Origin: a virus
Lineage: Duplodnaviria; Caudoviricetes
DNA: 64,000 nucleotides
IMG/VR virus record: IMGVR_UViG_3300009037_000003
Location: 32,001 to 96,000 of that record
Direction: 5' to 3' (one strand)
Under the pieces are notes generated by a model. It did not search any database. It was not told where the DNA came from and saw nothing but the letters and a program-made list of their open reading frames with translations. Positions 37,129-46,898 of the stretch are shown here, one piece after another (the first letter of the stretch is position 1; every line of letters starts with the position of its first letter). A program made the position numbers and the translations under genes.

Positions 37129-39519
37129 ATGACAATAGCATTCCAAGACTGTCAATGCGTTGTAGATCCGGGACATTTTCACATTGATAATGTCGACCTA
37201 AACTGTCCAGCTACATGGAAACTGATATCGGCCGGTAGCACACTTGGCGTTTTTCAGTTGGAGAAAAAATTAGGACAGGATTGGGCTAAACGGGTAAAGC
37301 CGAACACTATAGACGATCTCGCCGCTTTGATTAGCATGATGAGACCAGGAGCTCTTGAATCTGGGGCTAGCGAAAACTATGTTGGTGTCAAATTTGGTGC
37401 GAAAAAGGCGGAATACATACATCACGCCTTAAAACCGATCTTAGAACCAACTTATGCAAGCATGCTTTACCAGGAGCAAGTATTAAGAATAGCTAATGAC
37501 TTGGCCGGTTTTTCGCTAGAGGAAAGTGATACACTCCGGAAAAGTCTTGGTAAAAAAGATGTTAAGCTTATGGCATCACTCAAAAGCAAATTTGCTCTTG
37601 GATGTCAAAAGAAGGGAATAGAACCAGCTATTGCAGAAGAAATTTTCGGCTGGATCGAAAAATGTCAAAGGTATTTATTCAATAAATGCGTTTCCGGAGA
37701 CACTATACTGAAAAGATCTGCCGGTCAACGTTGTCAAAAAACCGTATCGCACTTATATCATATTAGAAATAATCTCGAATATGCTAAAAAGTACGGTCAT
37801 GAATCACTGCGAAAAAAGTGGAACGGATTGGGACATTACGGGCATGGACTATCTCTATGTTCAGATGGTCGTCTCCGGCCAAATATAATCCGAGACATAC
37901 AACTAGCAGGAACGCAACAATTATATAAAGTTACGCTTGAAAACGGGAGTTCGATTCGTATAACATTGCAGCATAAATTCCCTACCCCGAATGGCGAGAA
38001 AACTTTAGAGCAGCTTCGTATTGGCGATAGCCTATATTTGTGCGGAGAATATGAAAAACTCTGTGCCTCATGCCACAAGAAACACGATTACGGATTAGGA
38101 AGAGTCAAGCGAGGAGAAAAGGGATATCCTCATCAGTTATCCAAGATTAGATCCATAGAATTGGACAAAATAGAAGAGACATTTGACGTCACAATGGATG
38201 GTCCGAACCATAATTTTGTTACCGGCAGCAATATTGTTACATGCAACTCGCACGCCGTAGCTTATGCAGTTTTGGCTTACAAAACAGCATGGTTGAAATG
38301 CCATTTCCCGTTAGAGTTTTTTGCTTCATATCTAACATACTCGAATTATAAAATGGATCCCAAAGAAGAGGTCTACAGACTCGTGCAGGATGCAAGACTC
38401 TTCGATATAAACATTCTACCTCCCGACATCCGACAGAAAAATGTCCAATTTGAGATTGTTCCTGACTCGAACACCATCCGTTTTGGACTTGGAAGTATTA
38501 GGGGGGTAGGAGAAACAGCTATCCAAAAAATTATATCAGAAAACTCGCTAAATTCTTGGCCCGAATTTTTAGCAGCTGTTCCGGATTTGCATCGCAATGT
38601 TGGTGTTGCGCTGATAAAAGCCGGTGCGTGCGATCACTACGGCTTGGAGCGAAATCGCATGGTACAAGAACTAGAGGCGGTTCTGGGAACATCTGATGCG
38701 ATCGACGAGAATGGCGATAAAAAACCAGTCAAGGGCTTGACAGAAAAGGAAAAGGTATATTTTTTCGCAGCCATGACGCAAAACCGCCAAGCAACAGTTG
38801 CCGAAATTTTGTCACAGATGGCATTGCCTGTTCAGAGAACCAAGTCTTTGAGTGCTATGAAAATCGCAGATGTTCGTGCCGTAGCGGAAAAGTTTCTCCA
38901 TCAAATGATTGTCGATCAAAAATCTATTGTAGATATTGATGCGAGCTTATTCGTGTATACGACCGAGACCGAGATAGACGGATGGATTATGGACGCATTG
39001 AAAAGACCGAAAACGGATATTATTCAACTGCTTAAACATAACGGATACGTAGACGATATCGCCAAATCTCCATGCGCAAATGACGCAAGACGGAATATAA
39101 TCGCAGAAAAGGTGCAACAATTAGCAACTACGACAAAAGATACTAAAACTGGTATCGCGGCGGCCGAAAAACATTTTTTGGGAATATCGCTGACTGCGTC
39201 TGCGGTTGACGATATCGATACATCTGATGCGACACATAATTGTATAGATGTTGCAAAAGAATTGAACGGTCCAAGTATAATAGTATGTGCGATAATTGAT
39301 GAAGTCAAATTGACCAAGACGAAACGCGGGAAAACTCCGGGACAAAGCATGTGTTTTTTGACAATCAGTGATTCATCGTATTCCATAGATCATGCAGTCG
39401 TTTTCCCCGATAATTTCGATAGACTGAAAGGACTCTGTAAGGTGGGACACATTTGTCTATTCTACGGATCAAAGAAAAACGGTAGTTTTCTTATAGACGA
39501 TATGACAAAGTTAATTTAA
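37129..39519 (+). CDS. dnaE: DNA polymerase III alpha, C-terminal part (fingers, HhH, OB) with intein
   Basis: TLGVFQLE, MRPG, LYQEQ, YLFNK|intein|SHAVAY, WLKCHFP, LPPDI, RFGLGSIRGVG, EKHFLG, OB fold. Confidence 0.92.
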   Translation: MTIAFQDCQCVVDPGHFHIDNVDLNCPATWKLISAGSTLGVFQLEKKLGQDWAKRVKPNTIDDLAALISMMRPGALESGASENYVGVKFGAKKAEYIHHALKPILEPTYASMLYQEQVLRIANDLAGFSLEESDTLRKSLGKKDVKLMASLKSKFALGCQKKGIEPAIAEEIFGWIEKCQRYLFNKCVSGDTILKRSAGQRCQKTVSHLYHIRNNLEYAKKYGHESLRKKWNGLGHYGHGLSLCSDGRLRPNIIRDIQLAGTQQLYKVTLENGSSIRITLQHKFPTPNGEKTLEQLRIGDSLYLCGEYEKLCASCHKKHDYGLGRVKRGEKGYPHQLSKIRSIELDKIEETFDVTMDGPNHNFVTGSNIVTCNSHAVAYAVLAYKTAWLKCHFPLEFFASYLTYSNYKMDPKEEVYRLVQDARLFDINILPPDIRQKNVQFEIVPDSNTIRFGLGSIRGVGETAIQKIISENSLNSWPEFLAAVPDLHRNVGVALIKAGACDHYGLERNRMVQELEAVLGTSDAIDENGDKKPVKGLTEKEKVYFFAAMTQNRQATVAEILSQMALPVQRTKSLSAMKIADVRAVAEKFLHQMIVDQKSIVDIDASLFVYTTETEIDGWIMDALKRPKTDIIQLLKHNGYVDDIAKSPCANDARRNIIAEKVQQLATTTKDTKTGIAAAEKHFLGISLTASAVDDIDTSDATHNCIDVAKELNGPSIIVCAIIDEVKLTKTKRGKTPGQSMCFLTISDSSYSIDHAVVFPDNFDRLKGLCKVGHICLFYGSKKNGSFLIDDMTKLI
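37687..38247 (+). mobile_element. mini-intein (187 aa) in DnaE FNK|SH with HNH remnant
   Basis: Starts CVSGDT; block B ITLQHKF; remnant LCASCHKKH; ends TFDVTM..PNHNFV...VTCN|S. Confidence 0.88.
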
Positions 39520-39529
39520 GGAGCAAAGT

Positions 39530-39940
39530 ATGTCAGAATTAGCAGTGTATGGTATTGGTTCTGTAGTAGTTGATCCAGAGCTGAAGACAGTTGGTGATTC
39601 ATCTGTGTTACGATTCAAAGCAGCTTTTAACCGTAATTACAAGACCAGAGATGGCGAATGGAAGGAAGACCCCGTTTTTATTCGCTGCGAGCTATGGGGT
39701 GAGCGAGCGACAAAAGTAGCTTTGAAGAAGGGAACATTAGTTTATATTAAGGGGTACGTAAAACAAGACAGCTATGAATCGAAGGACGGGCAGAAGATGA
39801 CTATGCTCTACTTGGCAGTATCTGATCTAAACGTTTGCGAACGCACCAAGGCCGGTTCAGAAGTAAAAACTCAGAAAGCAACCGTTACGGGTACTGTTAG
39901 CATGGCGGATAGCCAAAACATGGACGATATGCCTTTCTAG
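39530..39940 (+). CDS. ssb: single-stranded DNA-binding protein
   Basis: DPELK, FIRCELWG..A, KGTLVYIKG, acidic DDMPF tail. Confidence 0.92.
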   Translation: MSELAVYGIGSVVVDPELKTVGDSSVLRFKAAFNRNYKTRDGEWKEDPVFIRCELWGERATKVALKKGTLVYIKGYVKQDSYESKDGQKMTMLYLAVSDLNVCERTKAGSEVKTQKATVTGTVSMADSQNMDDMPF

Positions 39941-39951
39941 GAATTGTTTGT

Positions 39952-42708
39952 ATGACAAAAAGAAGAATATTGTTCGTTGGCGAAGCTTCTTATCTGGCTA
40001 CCGGATTCGGCGTGTATTGGAACGAAGTCTTAAAACGGCTATATCAGGATAAAGATTTGGAGATCGCAGAACTTGGCTCCTACGCCTACAAAGGCGATCC
40101 GAGAAATAGTCGGGTTCCGTGGAAATTTTATCCGGTCATACCAGATCGTAACGATAAAGACGCAATGAATAAATATTCGTCTATAAAGATCAACGAATTC
40201 GGTGCGGGAATATTTGAGGAAGTATGCCTGGAATGGCGCCCGCAAATAATCTGCGCCCTCCGGGACTTCTGGATGGATTCCTTCATCCTAGATTCACCAT
40301 ATCGCGACCTATTCAAGTTTCTGTGGATGGCAACGATAGATGGAGAACCGCAGCGTGATTTATGGTTAGATTACTACAAGCGATGCGACGGTATTTTGAC
40401 ATATTCGCACTATGGAATGGATTTGCTCAAAAAGACAGGAAGGCATGGAACTAAATTAATAGATATCGCGTCTCCTGGTGCTGATTTGGATGTTTTTAAG
40501 CCCCCGGACGATAAGCGTGTCCATAAGGCGAAGCTTGGGATAGATCCTGATGCTATTATTATTGGAACGGTCCAACGCAACCAAGCGCGCAAAAAGTACT
40601 ACGACCTCATCGAAGCCTTTTCTATCTGGCAGAATAAAGCAAACGCCAAAGGACGCACAGATCTTACGAAAAGAACATTTTTGTATCTGCACACCAGTTA
40701 TCCAGACGTTGGTTACGATATAGGAAAAGCTATTCGTGAATTCAATGTCGGCAATAGAGTCGTAATGACTTATTTATGCAGTAATTGCCACACTGCTTAT
40801 CCGGCATTCTTTTCTGGTTCGACGGCTATATGTACAAAATGCAAGCAATACACAGCGCATCCGCCAAATGCGTCTCATGGAGTAAGCAGAGAAGTACTGG
40901 CGGAGATCATGAAAGCGTTTGATCTATACGTCCAATATTCCGTTTGCTTACACCCGGAAACTCCCATTATGACATCGAATGGATGGGAAACTATTGGAAA
41001 TATTAAAATAGATGATCAGGTCATTGGTAGCGATGGCAAATTGCATCGTGTCTATAAGACAATGAAAAATCCATCTGACGCATGTTACGACGTTAAAGTC
41101 AAGGGAAGACCTTGGTCAGTTACGGCCACATGGAATCATCCATGGATGGTAGTAGACCAGACGAAGTCGTCACGAGGTTTAGAGAGCATCGTAAATGAGG
41201 ACAGAGAGTTCAACAAACTGGGTAAGCCGCGTCCAAAATTGAATTTTATCTATAAGCAGACAGAAGAGTTGCAGCCTGGAGATTTGCTAGTCAGTAAAAT
41301 TTCAGAAGAGGAAATCGTACGCAACTATAATTTGCCGTTTCTAGATGAGGACATGGCCTACTATATAGGATTGTTCACAGCAGATGGTCATGCCAATGAA
41401 ACATGTGGGCAATGCACGATTACGTCTCATGTATCAGCACAATCCAACGTTCTTGACATCTCGAAAAGGATCGCTGAAAGATTGGACAAAAACGCGCATC
41501 AACAAAACGTAAAAGGAAGATGTGCTGTTGTCACCAATATTTGTGATACAAAATTGCGCAATGTATTTAGGAAAATGTGTTATCACGAGGATAGAACAAA
41601 ACAATTGCCACCGGGCTGTCATCTGTGGCCAAGAAACTTGCAAGAACAATTAGTGCGCGGCTTAATGGCTGGAGATGGTCACTGGAGCAAGAGGTGTGAA
41701 TGGCTGAATGTTTTTTGTACAACTTCTGTGCATATAGCCAAAACGTTATGCCCTATACTCGAACGACTCGGTTGGTATTATTGTTGCAATGTTCAGCATA
41801 GAGAAGCCAGTGGAAGAATTCCTACATATCGTTTCGAAATTAGGACAGATGGGAAAAAAAGTAACCACGAAACATTATATAGAGATGGATTCGTTTTAAT
41901 AAAAGTAAAGTCATGCGAGAAAAGTGAATATAGCGGAGAAGTCGTCAATATAGACGTTGAAGATGACCATCATTACGTGACACTTGAAGGATTAAAGCAC
42001 AACTGTGAGGGTTATGGCCTTCCAATGGGGGACGCAACAGCATGCGGCGTGCCAGTTGCGGCTGTGGACTATTCGGCCATGCAAGACCATTTGCGGTGTC
42101 CGACGAGTATTCCAATCCCTGTAGGTAGATTTTTCCGAGAATCAGTAGTGGAAACGGAACAGAAAAGAGCGCTACCAGATAACGAAAAATTCGCAGACAT
42201 TATAGATAAATTCGTGCGATTGTCAGAATCAGTCCGTACAGAACGAGCTATAAAGACTAGACAATATGCCATAGAACCTGTCGCAACGTACGGCAAAATG
42301 ATGCCAAGATATAGTTTCGACAGGACGGCGGAAATATGGCGCAATGTTCTAAAAAATACAGAAGTGAACGATATTAGCGAAACTTGGCTTAGCCAAACGC
42401 CAAGAATAATTACTCCTGACTTGAAAGTGCCGAAACAAAATATGAGTAACTCGGAATTTGTGAACTGGGCTATTTCTAATGTTTTGCGAAAACCAGATAT
42501 GCTTAATACATGTTTTGCGAATGACTTGCTTGAGGCGTTGAATACCGGCCTTGTAGTTTCTGGTGATAGAAGAGTACCATTCGACCGCAATGCGCTAATA
42601 CAGCGTTTTCTGGACATAGTTTCAACTTTTAATCATGCGGAATCGCAACGGATTGCAATCGCATCTCCCAACAATAAAAATTGCAGCATAAACGGCATTT
42701 GGCTCTAG
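39952..42708 (+). CDS. GT4 glycosyltransferase with zinc finger and intein
   Basis: ATGFG, PGADLDVFKP, RNQARK, YLHT, CSNC/CTKC, FDLYVQYSV|intein|CEGYGLP...ACGVP. Confidence 0.88.
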   Translation: MTKRRILFVGEASYLATGFGVYWNEVLKRLYQDKDLEIAELGSYAYKGDPRNSRVPWKFYPVIPDRNDKDAMNKYSSIKINEFGAGIFEEVCLEWRPQIICALRDFWMDSFILDSPYRDLFKFLWMATIDGEPQRDLWLDYYKRCDGILTYSHYGMDLLKKTGRHGTKLIDIASPGADLDVFKPPDDKRVHKAKLGIDPDAIIIGTVQRNQARKKYYDLIEAFSIWQNKANAKGRTDLTKRTFLYLHTSYPDVGYDIGKAIREFNVGNRVVMTYLCSNCHTAYPAFFSGSTAICTKCKQYTAHPPNASHGVSREVLAEIMKAFDLYVQYSVCLHPETPIMTSNGWETIGNIKIDDQVIGSDGKLHRVYKTMKNPSDACYDVKVKGRPWSVTATWNHPWMVVDQTKSSRGLESIVNEDREFNKLGKPRPKLNFIYKQTEELQPGDLLVSKISEEEIVRNYNLPFLDEDMAYYIGLFTADGHANETCGQCTITSHVSAQSNVLDISKRIAERLDKNAHQQNVKGRCAVVTNICDTKLRNVFRKMCYHEDRTKQLPPGCHLWPRNLQEQLVRGLMAGDGHWSKRCEWLNVFCTTSVHIAKTLCPILERLGWYYCCNVQHREASGRIPTYRFEIRTDGKKSNHETLYRDGFVLIKVKSCEKSEYSGEVVNIDVEDDHHYVTLEGLKHNCEGYGLPMGDATACGVPVAAVDYSAMQDHLRCPTSIPIPVGRFFRESVVETEQKRALPDNEKFADIIDKFVRLSESVRTERAIKTRQYAIEPVATYGKMMPRYSFDRTAEIWRNVLKNTEVNDISETWLSQTPRIITPDLKVPKQNMSNSEFVNWAISNVLRKPDMLNTCFANDLLEALNTGLVVSGDRRVPFDRNALIQRFLDIVSTFNHAESQRIAIASPNNKNCSINGIWL
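40945..42003 (+). mobile_element. intein (353 aa) with apparently intact LAGLIDADG endonuclease
   Basis: CLHPETPI start, ATWNHPW block B, IGLFTADG and RGLMAGDG, VVNIDVEDDHHY...KHN|C. Confidence 0.92.
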
Positions 42709-42718
42709 GAGTTCAGAA

Positions 42719-43897
42719 ATGAAGATAGGTTATATCGGTGTATATCGAGACGGTACCGGTTACGCCAAGCAGGCAATAAACAACATAAGGGCAATAAGTA
42801 CCAGCTCTCTAGACGTCGTCGCAAAATATGTTAATCTGGCATCATCACGAAATGACGCGGTGATTCCGGAACTGTTATCGCTAGAAAATAAAAGTCTAGA
42901 CAAGGTCGACGTCGTTATTCAACACGTATTACCGCACATGTTCGAGTACAAGCATGGGGTGAAGAATATAGGTCTATTTGACTGGGAGACAAGCCACTTC
43001 AAAAGATCTATTTGGCCATTCTGCTGCAATCTTATGGACGAAATATGGGTACCGACCATCCAAAATAAGTACGCATGCATAGATAGTGGCGTAACATCGC
43101 CAATACGAATACTACCGTGCGCGTGCGATCCTTTAAGGTTTAAACACAAACCACTTCCGGCCAGGATAGACAAGTCTGGGAAAAGATGCATATTCTATAC
43201 GATTGGCGAAATGACTCGTAGAAAAAATATTATAGCATCAATCCGGGCATTTTACCGTGCGTTCTCCGCCAGAGACGACGTAGTCTTAATTATAAAAACG
43301 AGCATGCCAGGTAAAACGCCGCAGCAGAGCAGCTCCGCCATAAGAGGAATTGTCGAAGACATTAAGGAATCTACGCACATTTACCGCGACAAATCTCAAT
43401 ATCCGCCGATTATGTGCATTACCGAACGTTTGCATGACGAACAAATAGATCAACTCCATGTGTCGTGCGATATTTTTATTTCTTTGAGCCATACCGAGGC
43501 GTGGGGTATCCCAATGCATGATGCTATGGGTTTTGGGAATCCGGTGATTGTCAGCAATCATGGTTCTTATCCGGAAATCGTATATCCGCAGGCTTGTGAC
43601 TATTGGATGCCCGACCAAAGATGCTTTAGACACCCAGGGACGGTTGATAGTGGGTGGCTGGTACCTGGACAGCTATCTCCATGCTTCGGGCAGACGGAGA
43701 GCTTCCCTGACTTGTATACTGGGTCAGAGGACTGGTTTGATCCATGCGTTACATATGCTGCCGAATGTATGCAAGAAGCGTATCGCTTGTGGCAGGATAA
43801 ATCGTTGTCTAGCAAACAAGAAGCGGCGAAAAATCGGGCGACTAGTTTTGACTATCGAAGCGTTGGCAAAATCGCAGAATCATTGCTCCTAGGATAA
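42719..43897 (+). CDS. GT4 glycosyltransferase
   Basis: GTGYA, DEIWVP, RRKN, DIFISLSHTEAWGIP..DAMGFGNPVI. Confidence 0.9.
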   Translation: MKIGYIGVYRDGTGYAKQAINNIRAISTSSLDVVAKYVNLASSRNDAVIPELLSLENKSLDKVDVVIQHVLPHMFEYKHGVKNIGLFDWETSHFKRSIWPFCCNLMDEIWVPTIQNKYACIDSGVTSPIRILPCACDPLRFKHKPLPARIDKSGKRCIFYTIGEMTRRKNIIASIRAFYRAFSARDDVVLIIKTSMPGKTPQQSSSAIRGIVEDIKESTHIYRDKSQYPPIMCITERLHDEQIDQLHVSCDIFISLSHTEAWGIPMHDAMGFGNPVIVSNHGSYPEIVYPQACDYWMPDQRCFRHPGTVDSGWLVPGQLSPCFGQTESFPDLYTGSEDWFDPCVTYAAECMQEAYRLWQDKSLSSKQEAAKNRATSFDYRSVGKIAESLLLG

Positions 43898-43908
43898 GGG
43901 AACTATCT

Positions 43909-44919
43909 ATGGCTACAATACTGTCTGGAATACTTCGCAGAATAAACAGAGATAAAACAAAGCCGCTGAACATCTTGACTGGACTAGCACATGAGGGATA
44001 CAGCACCACCATGGCCAAAACTGGTCACGAGTTTTACTTTGTCACGAACAAGAGTTGGCCACAATGGAATGTCCAAGAAAGAGATGTGCCGTCGAATATT
44101 CATCTTCTCGGCGGGGAAGATCTAAAACGTCAATTGAACTGCGATATAACTTTTGACCTTGTACTATCTCAAAAATGTTTAGATCACTATCCAGTACTTA
44201 ACCAAGTGGCTTGTCAAATGAATATACCGCTGATCGTGTTGCATCACAGTCTGCCATGGATCCCCCCAGTCGGCAATTGGTCGTGGGAGACGGTCAAGGA
44301 TATTGGGAATCAGCGATGCGACCACAATGTATTTGTAAGTAATTTTAGCGCCGAAGCATGGGGTAGGGATTCCGACGGCGACAATATTTCTATTATTAGA
44401 CACGGCATGGATACCGAGTATTGGCAAGGATGGAGCGGCGGCGACGGCAAGATTATGACAGCCGTATGGGATTTTAAACGACGCGATTCAGTTTGTGGCT
44501 ATTCGTTGTTCCAAGAGGTTACACGTGATTTGCCAGTTAACATCTGGGGCGATTCCCCAGGCGTTTCTGTTATGGCTAAGAACCGCGATCATCTTCGGGA
44601 CTTATATCGGCAAGCTTCGGTATATTTTAATAGCACACTTTGGTCGTCGTGCCCATTTTCGCTACTTGAAGCAATGTCAGTTGGATGTCCGATAGTCACT
44701 ACAGCAACTACCATGATGCCAGAATTCATCCGCGATGGCGTAAATGGTTTTGTATCAAACGACCCAGGAGTTTTGAGGGAAAAGTTGTCGTTGCTTATTT
44801 CCGACCCAGTACTCGGCAAGCAGATAGGCGAAGCTGGTCGACGAACAATACTTGAATTATTCAACGAATCGCAATTTATAAATAAGTGGAATGCTGTTTT
44901 TAATACCGTTATGGAATAA
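43909..44919 (+). CDS. GT4 glycosyltransferase
   Basis: VFVS, IRHGMD, SLLEAMSVGCPIV, DGVNGF, IGEAGR. Confidence 0.9.
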   Translation: MATILSGILRRINRDKTKPLNILTGLAHEGYSTTMAKTGHEFYFVTNKSWPQWNVQERDVPSNIHLLGGEDLKRQLNCDITFDLVLSQKCLDHYPVLNQVACQMNIPLIVLHHSLPWIPPVGNWSWETVKDIGNQRCDHNVFVSNFSAEAWGRDSDGDNISIIRHGMDTEYWQGWSGGDGKIMTAVWDFKRRDSVCGYSLFQEVTRDLPVNIWGDSPGVSVMAKNRDHLRDLYRQASVYFNSTLWSSCPFSLLEAMSVGCPIVTTATTMMPEFIRDGVNGFVSNDPGVLREKLSLLISDPVLGKQIGEAGRRTILELFNESQFINKWNAVFNTVME

Positions 44920-44925
44920 TTCCCG

Positions 44926-44953
44926 CAAAAAGTGGTCTCCATAAACGTATAAT
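44926..44953 (+). promoter_or_regulatory. putative promoter cAAAAA-N16-TATAAT
   Basis: A5 44927-31, TATAAT 44948-53, then AAGGAG and ATG 44970. Confidence 0.55.
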
Positions 44954-44969
44954 CCAGTAAGGAGATATT

Positions 44970-45446
44970 ATGAGACTCAATTTCTGCTATGACAATCAGG
45001 CGATGCATAATTTTACAAATATCGGTAAAGAGCCGATAGCGGTATCTGCCGATGGATACGACTACAGACAGGGACAGGTTTTGTGTTTGGATTGGATTGC
45101 CGATGACAATTCTGTCGAACTCATTAACGCAGGATACAGTTTACATTCTATTCCGATCCAAGATTTACCAGATGCGATACGCAATTGGAGCAACAAACTA
45201 ATCAGCAGCGGAGGAGCATTAATAGTAAACATATATGACATCGACGTAGCGGCGATGCATTACTCGAATGGTCAGATCACTCTACGTGAGCTTAACTCTA
45301 TTCTCGGGTATGACCGTACTTATAAGGCGGCAATCAGTAGGTCCGAATTAGAGAAATGTCTCGTACAGGCCGGTTTAGTTATTGAGTCTAAGAGCTACGA
45401 CGGGATTACATTTACCGTTATGGCTGTACGGGGGTGTCGATGCTAG
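44970..45446 (+). CDS. degenerate methyltransferase-11-like protein
   Basis: MRLNF..., DNSVELINAGYSLH, W..KL..GG.L; glycine-rich SAM motif absent. Confidence 0.55.
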   Translation: MRLNFCYDNQAMHNFTNIGKEPIAVSADGYDYRQGQVLCLDWIADDNSVELINAGYSLHSIPIQDLPDAIRNWSNKLISSGGALIVNIYDIDVAAMHYSNGQITLRELNSILGYDRTYKAAISRSELEKCLVQAGLVIESKSYDGITFTVMAVRGCRC

Positions 45447-46150
45447 TAACCCAATGTAGTCGCTGCTGTTTCTTTGTCAGCGAGAACAATGTGTGCGGTT
45501 TTGGATACGATACAACCCTATTAGATGGCAAATCAGTATCGCTTGGATGTTGTAGATACATGCGAAGCATAGCTTGGCTAAAGAGATATGTCTCTGGTTG
45601 GAAAAACAAACTCGATCAAGAAACTTCTTTAAAAATAGATGCCATTGTTGTGTTCGACGACGATAGACATCGATTAGATGATCTGTCGAAGACTATCGGT
45701 AGCAATAGGTACGGCGACATAGTTTCTCATACTATTATCGCTGATGTCACCGGGTCTCATAATCGGCTGAATACAGCTCTCAACTTTATCAGATCTGGTT
45801 GTAAGCAGGTGATCGTCGACATGAGTACGGAGAAAGAATCTCCTATTGAAATAGAAGATACTATTTATCGCATCAATAGACAATTCGTAAAATCGCCATT
45901 CTTTTTGGTAGTCGATGCCGGTAAAGATATACCCGACTTGTTTGTAGCAAAACAGACAATACGCAAAGACCATCGATCGATTCATTGGTATTTTTCAGAA
46001 ACAGATGTGCTTAGCGATGGAATTTTCCTATCACGCGGGTACAGCACAATTATGTCTGGAGCATCCAGTATGACTTTTACGCAGAGACTAAGATCTGTTG
46101 AGACAGAAATGGAAGTAGAACTATCACGGCCACTATATGAATCCAGATAA
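45440..46150 (+). CDS. hypothetical protein, N-terminal Cys cluster, possible degenerate GT-A fold
   Basis: CSRCCF...C...C; IIAD, FLVVDAG. Confidence 0.55.
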   Translation: MLVTQCSRCCFFVSENNVCGFGYDTTLLDGKSVSLGCCRYMRSIAWLKRYVSGWKNKLDQETSLKIDAIVVFDDDRHRLDDLSKTIGSNRYGDIVSHTIIADVTGSHNRLNTALNFIRSGCKQVIVDMSTEKESPIEIEDTIYRINRQFVKSPFFLVVDAGKDIPDLFVAKQTIRKDHRSIHWYFSETDVLSDGIFLSRGYSTIMSGASSMTFTQRLRSVETEMEVELSRPLYESR

Positions 46151-46898
46151 AGAAAATATCTCAATAGTAATCCCATCGCACAATAACGAGGCTACAATTG
46201 AAAGGGCCGTACGATCAACGACAATTGGGGCTAGACCTGCAGACGTTGTTGTCGTCGGAGATAACGATAGCAGCGATGGAACATATGACATACTCTGTGG
46301 TATTATCGGAGCTAAACCAGTAACAATTGACGGAAGCACCGGTCTGCCGCCAAAAGCTAGTGGTGTCATTAACGACACAAAGGTGATCATATTCAAAAAG
46401 CGATTTAGCGCGACAGGAAATACTATCAACACAGCCATCCAAACATATTGGAAAGACGTCACTGTATTTGGATTTATGGATCCGACAGCTTATTATGGTC
46501 CAGATAAGATTAAAAGTTCTGTTGAGGTTATGCAGCAATATCCAACAGTGGCATGCGTCGTCAGCGACTGCGATCGTGTACATCCCGATGGTAGAATCGA
46601 GAGAATTTTTCGTCCATCGTTCGATGCAGCGAAATTGATGAACAGTTATTGTTATGATGGAAATTATCTTTTGCGACCGCAAGTTTTTGGCATAATGAAG
46701 TATGGATTTAACGATCAGTTATGGTCTATGCATGACTACGATCTACTATTACGGATTGCTGACATAGGTCTGATCTACCATGTTCCATCATCGCTGCATA
46801 CAATTAAGCCAGCCGTGGACAACATAGAGGAACATTGCGAAATGCTACTAGTCCAGAAATTAGCTCGCGGTAGAAAAGTAAAAAATGAAAAAGGTTAA
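46137..46898 (+). CDS. GT2 glycosyltransferase (DxD altered)
   Basis: ISIVIPSHN, DNDSSDGT, FMDPT instead of DAD, HDYDLLLRI. Confidence 0.8.
   Translation: MNPDKENISIVIPSHNNEATIERAVRSTTIGARPADVVVVGDNDSSDGTYDILCGIIGAKPVTIDGSTGLPPKASGVINDTKVIIFKKRFSATGNTINTAIQTYWKDVTVFGFMDPTAYYGPDKIKSSVEVMQQYPTVACVVSDCDRVHPDGRIERIFRPSFDAAKLMNSYCYDGNYLLRPQVFGIMKYGFNDQLWSMHDYDLLLRIADIGLIYHVPSSLHTIKPAVDNIEEHCEMLLVQKLARGRKVKNEKG

Noticed and set aside
29440-37200. Split intein, frameshift or stop-codon readthrough joining the DnaE halves
   Set aside because: No intein blocks at either junction; nine intact genes intervene; TAA, TAG and TGA all act as stops elsewhere, so there is no sign of recoding.
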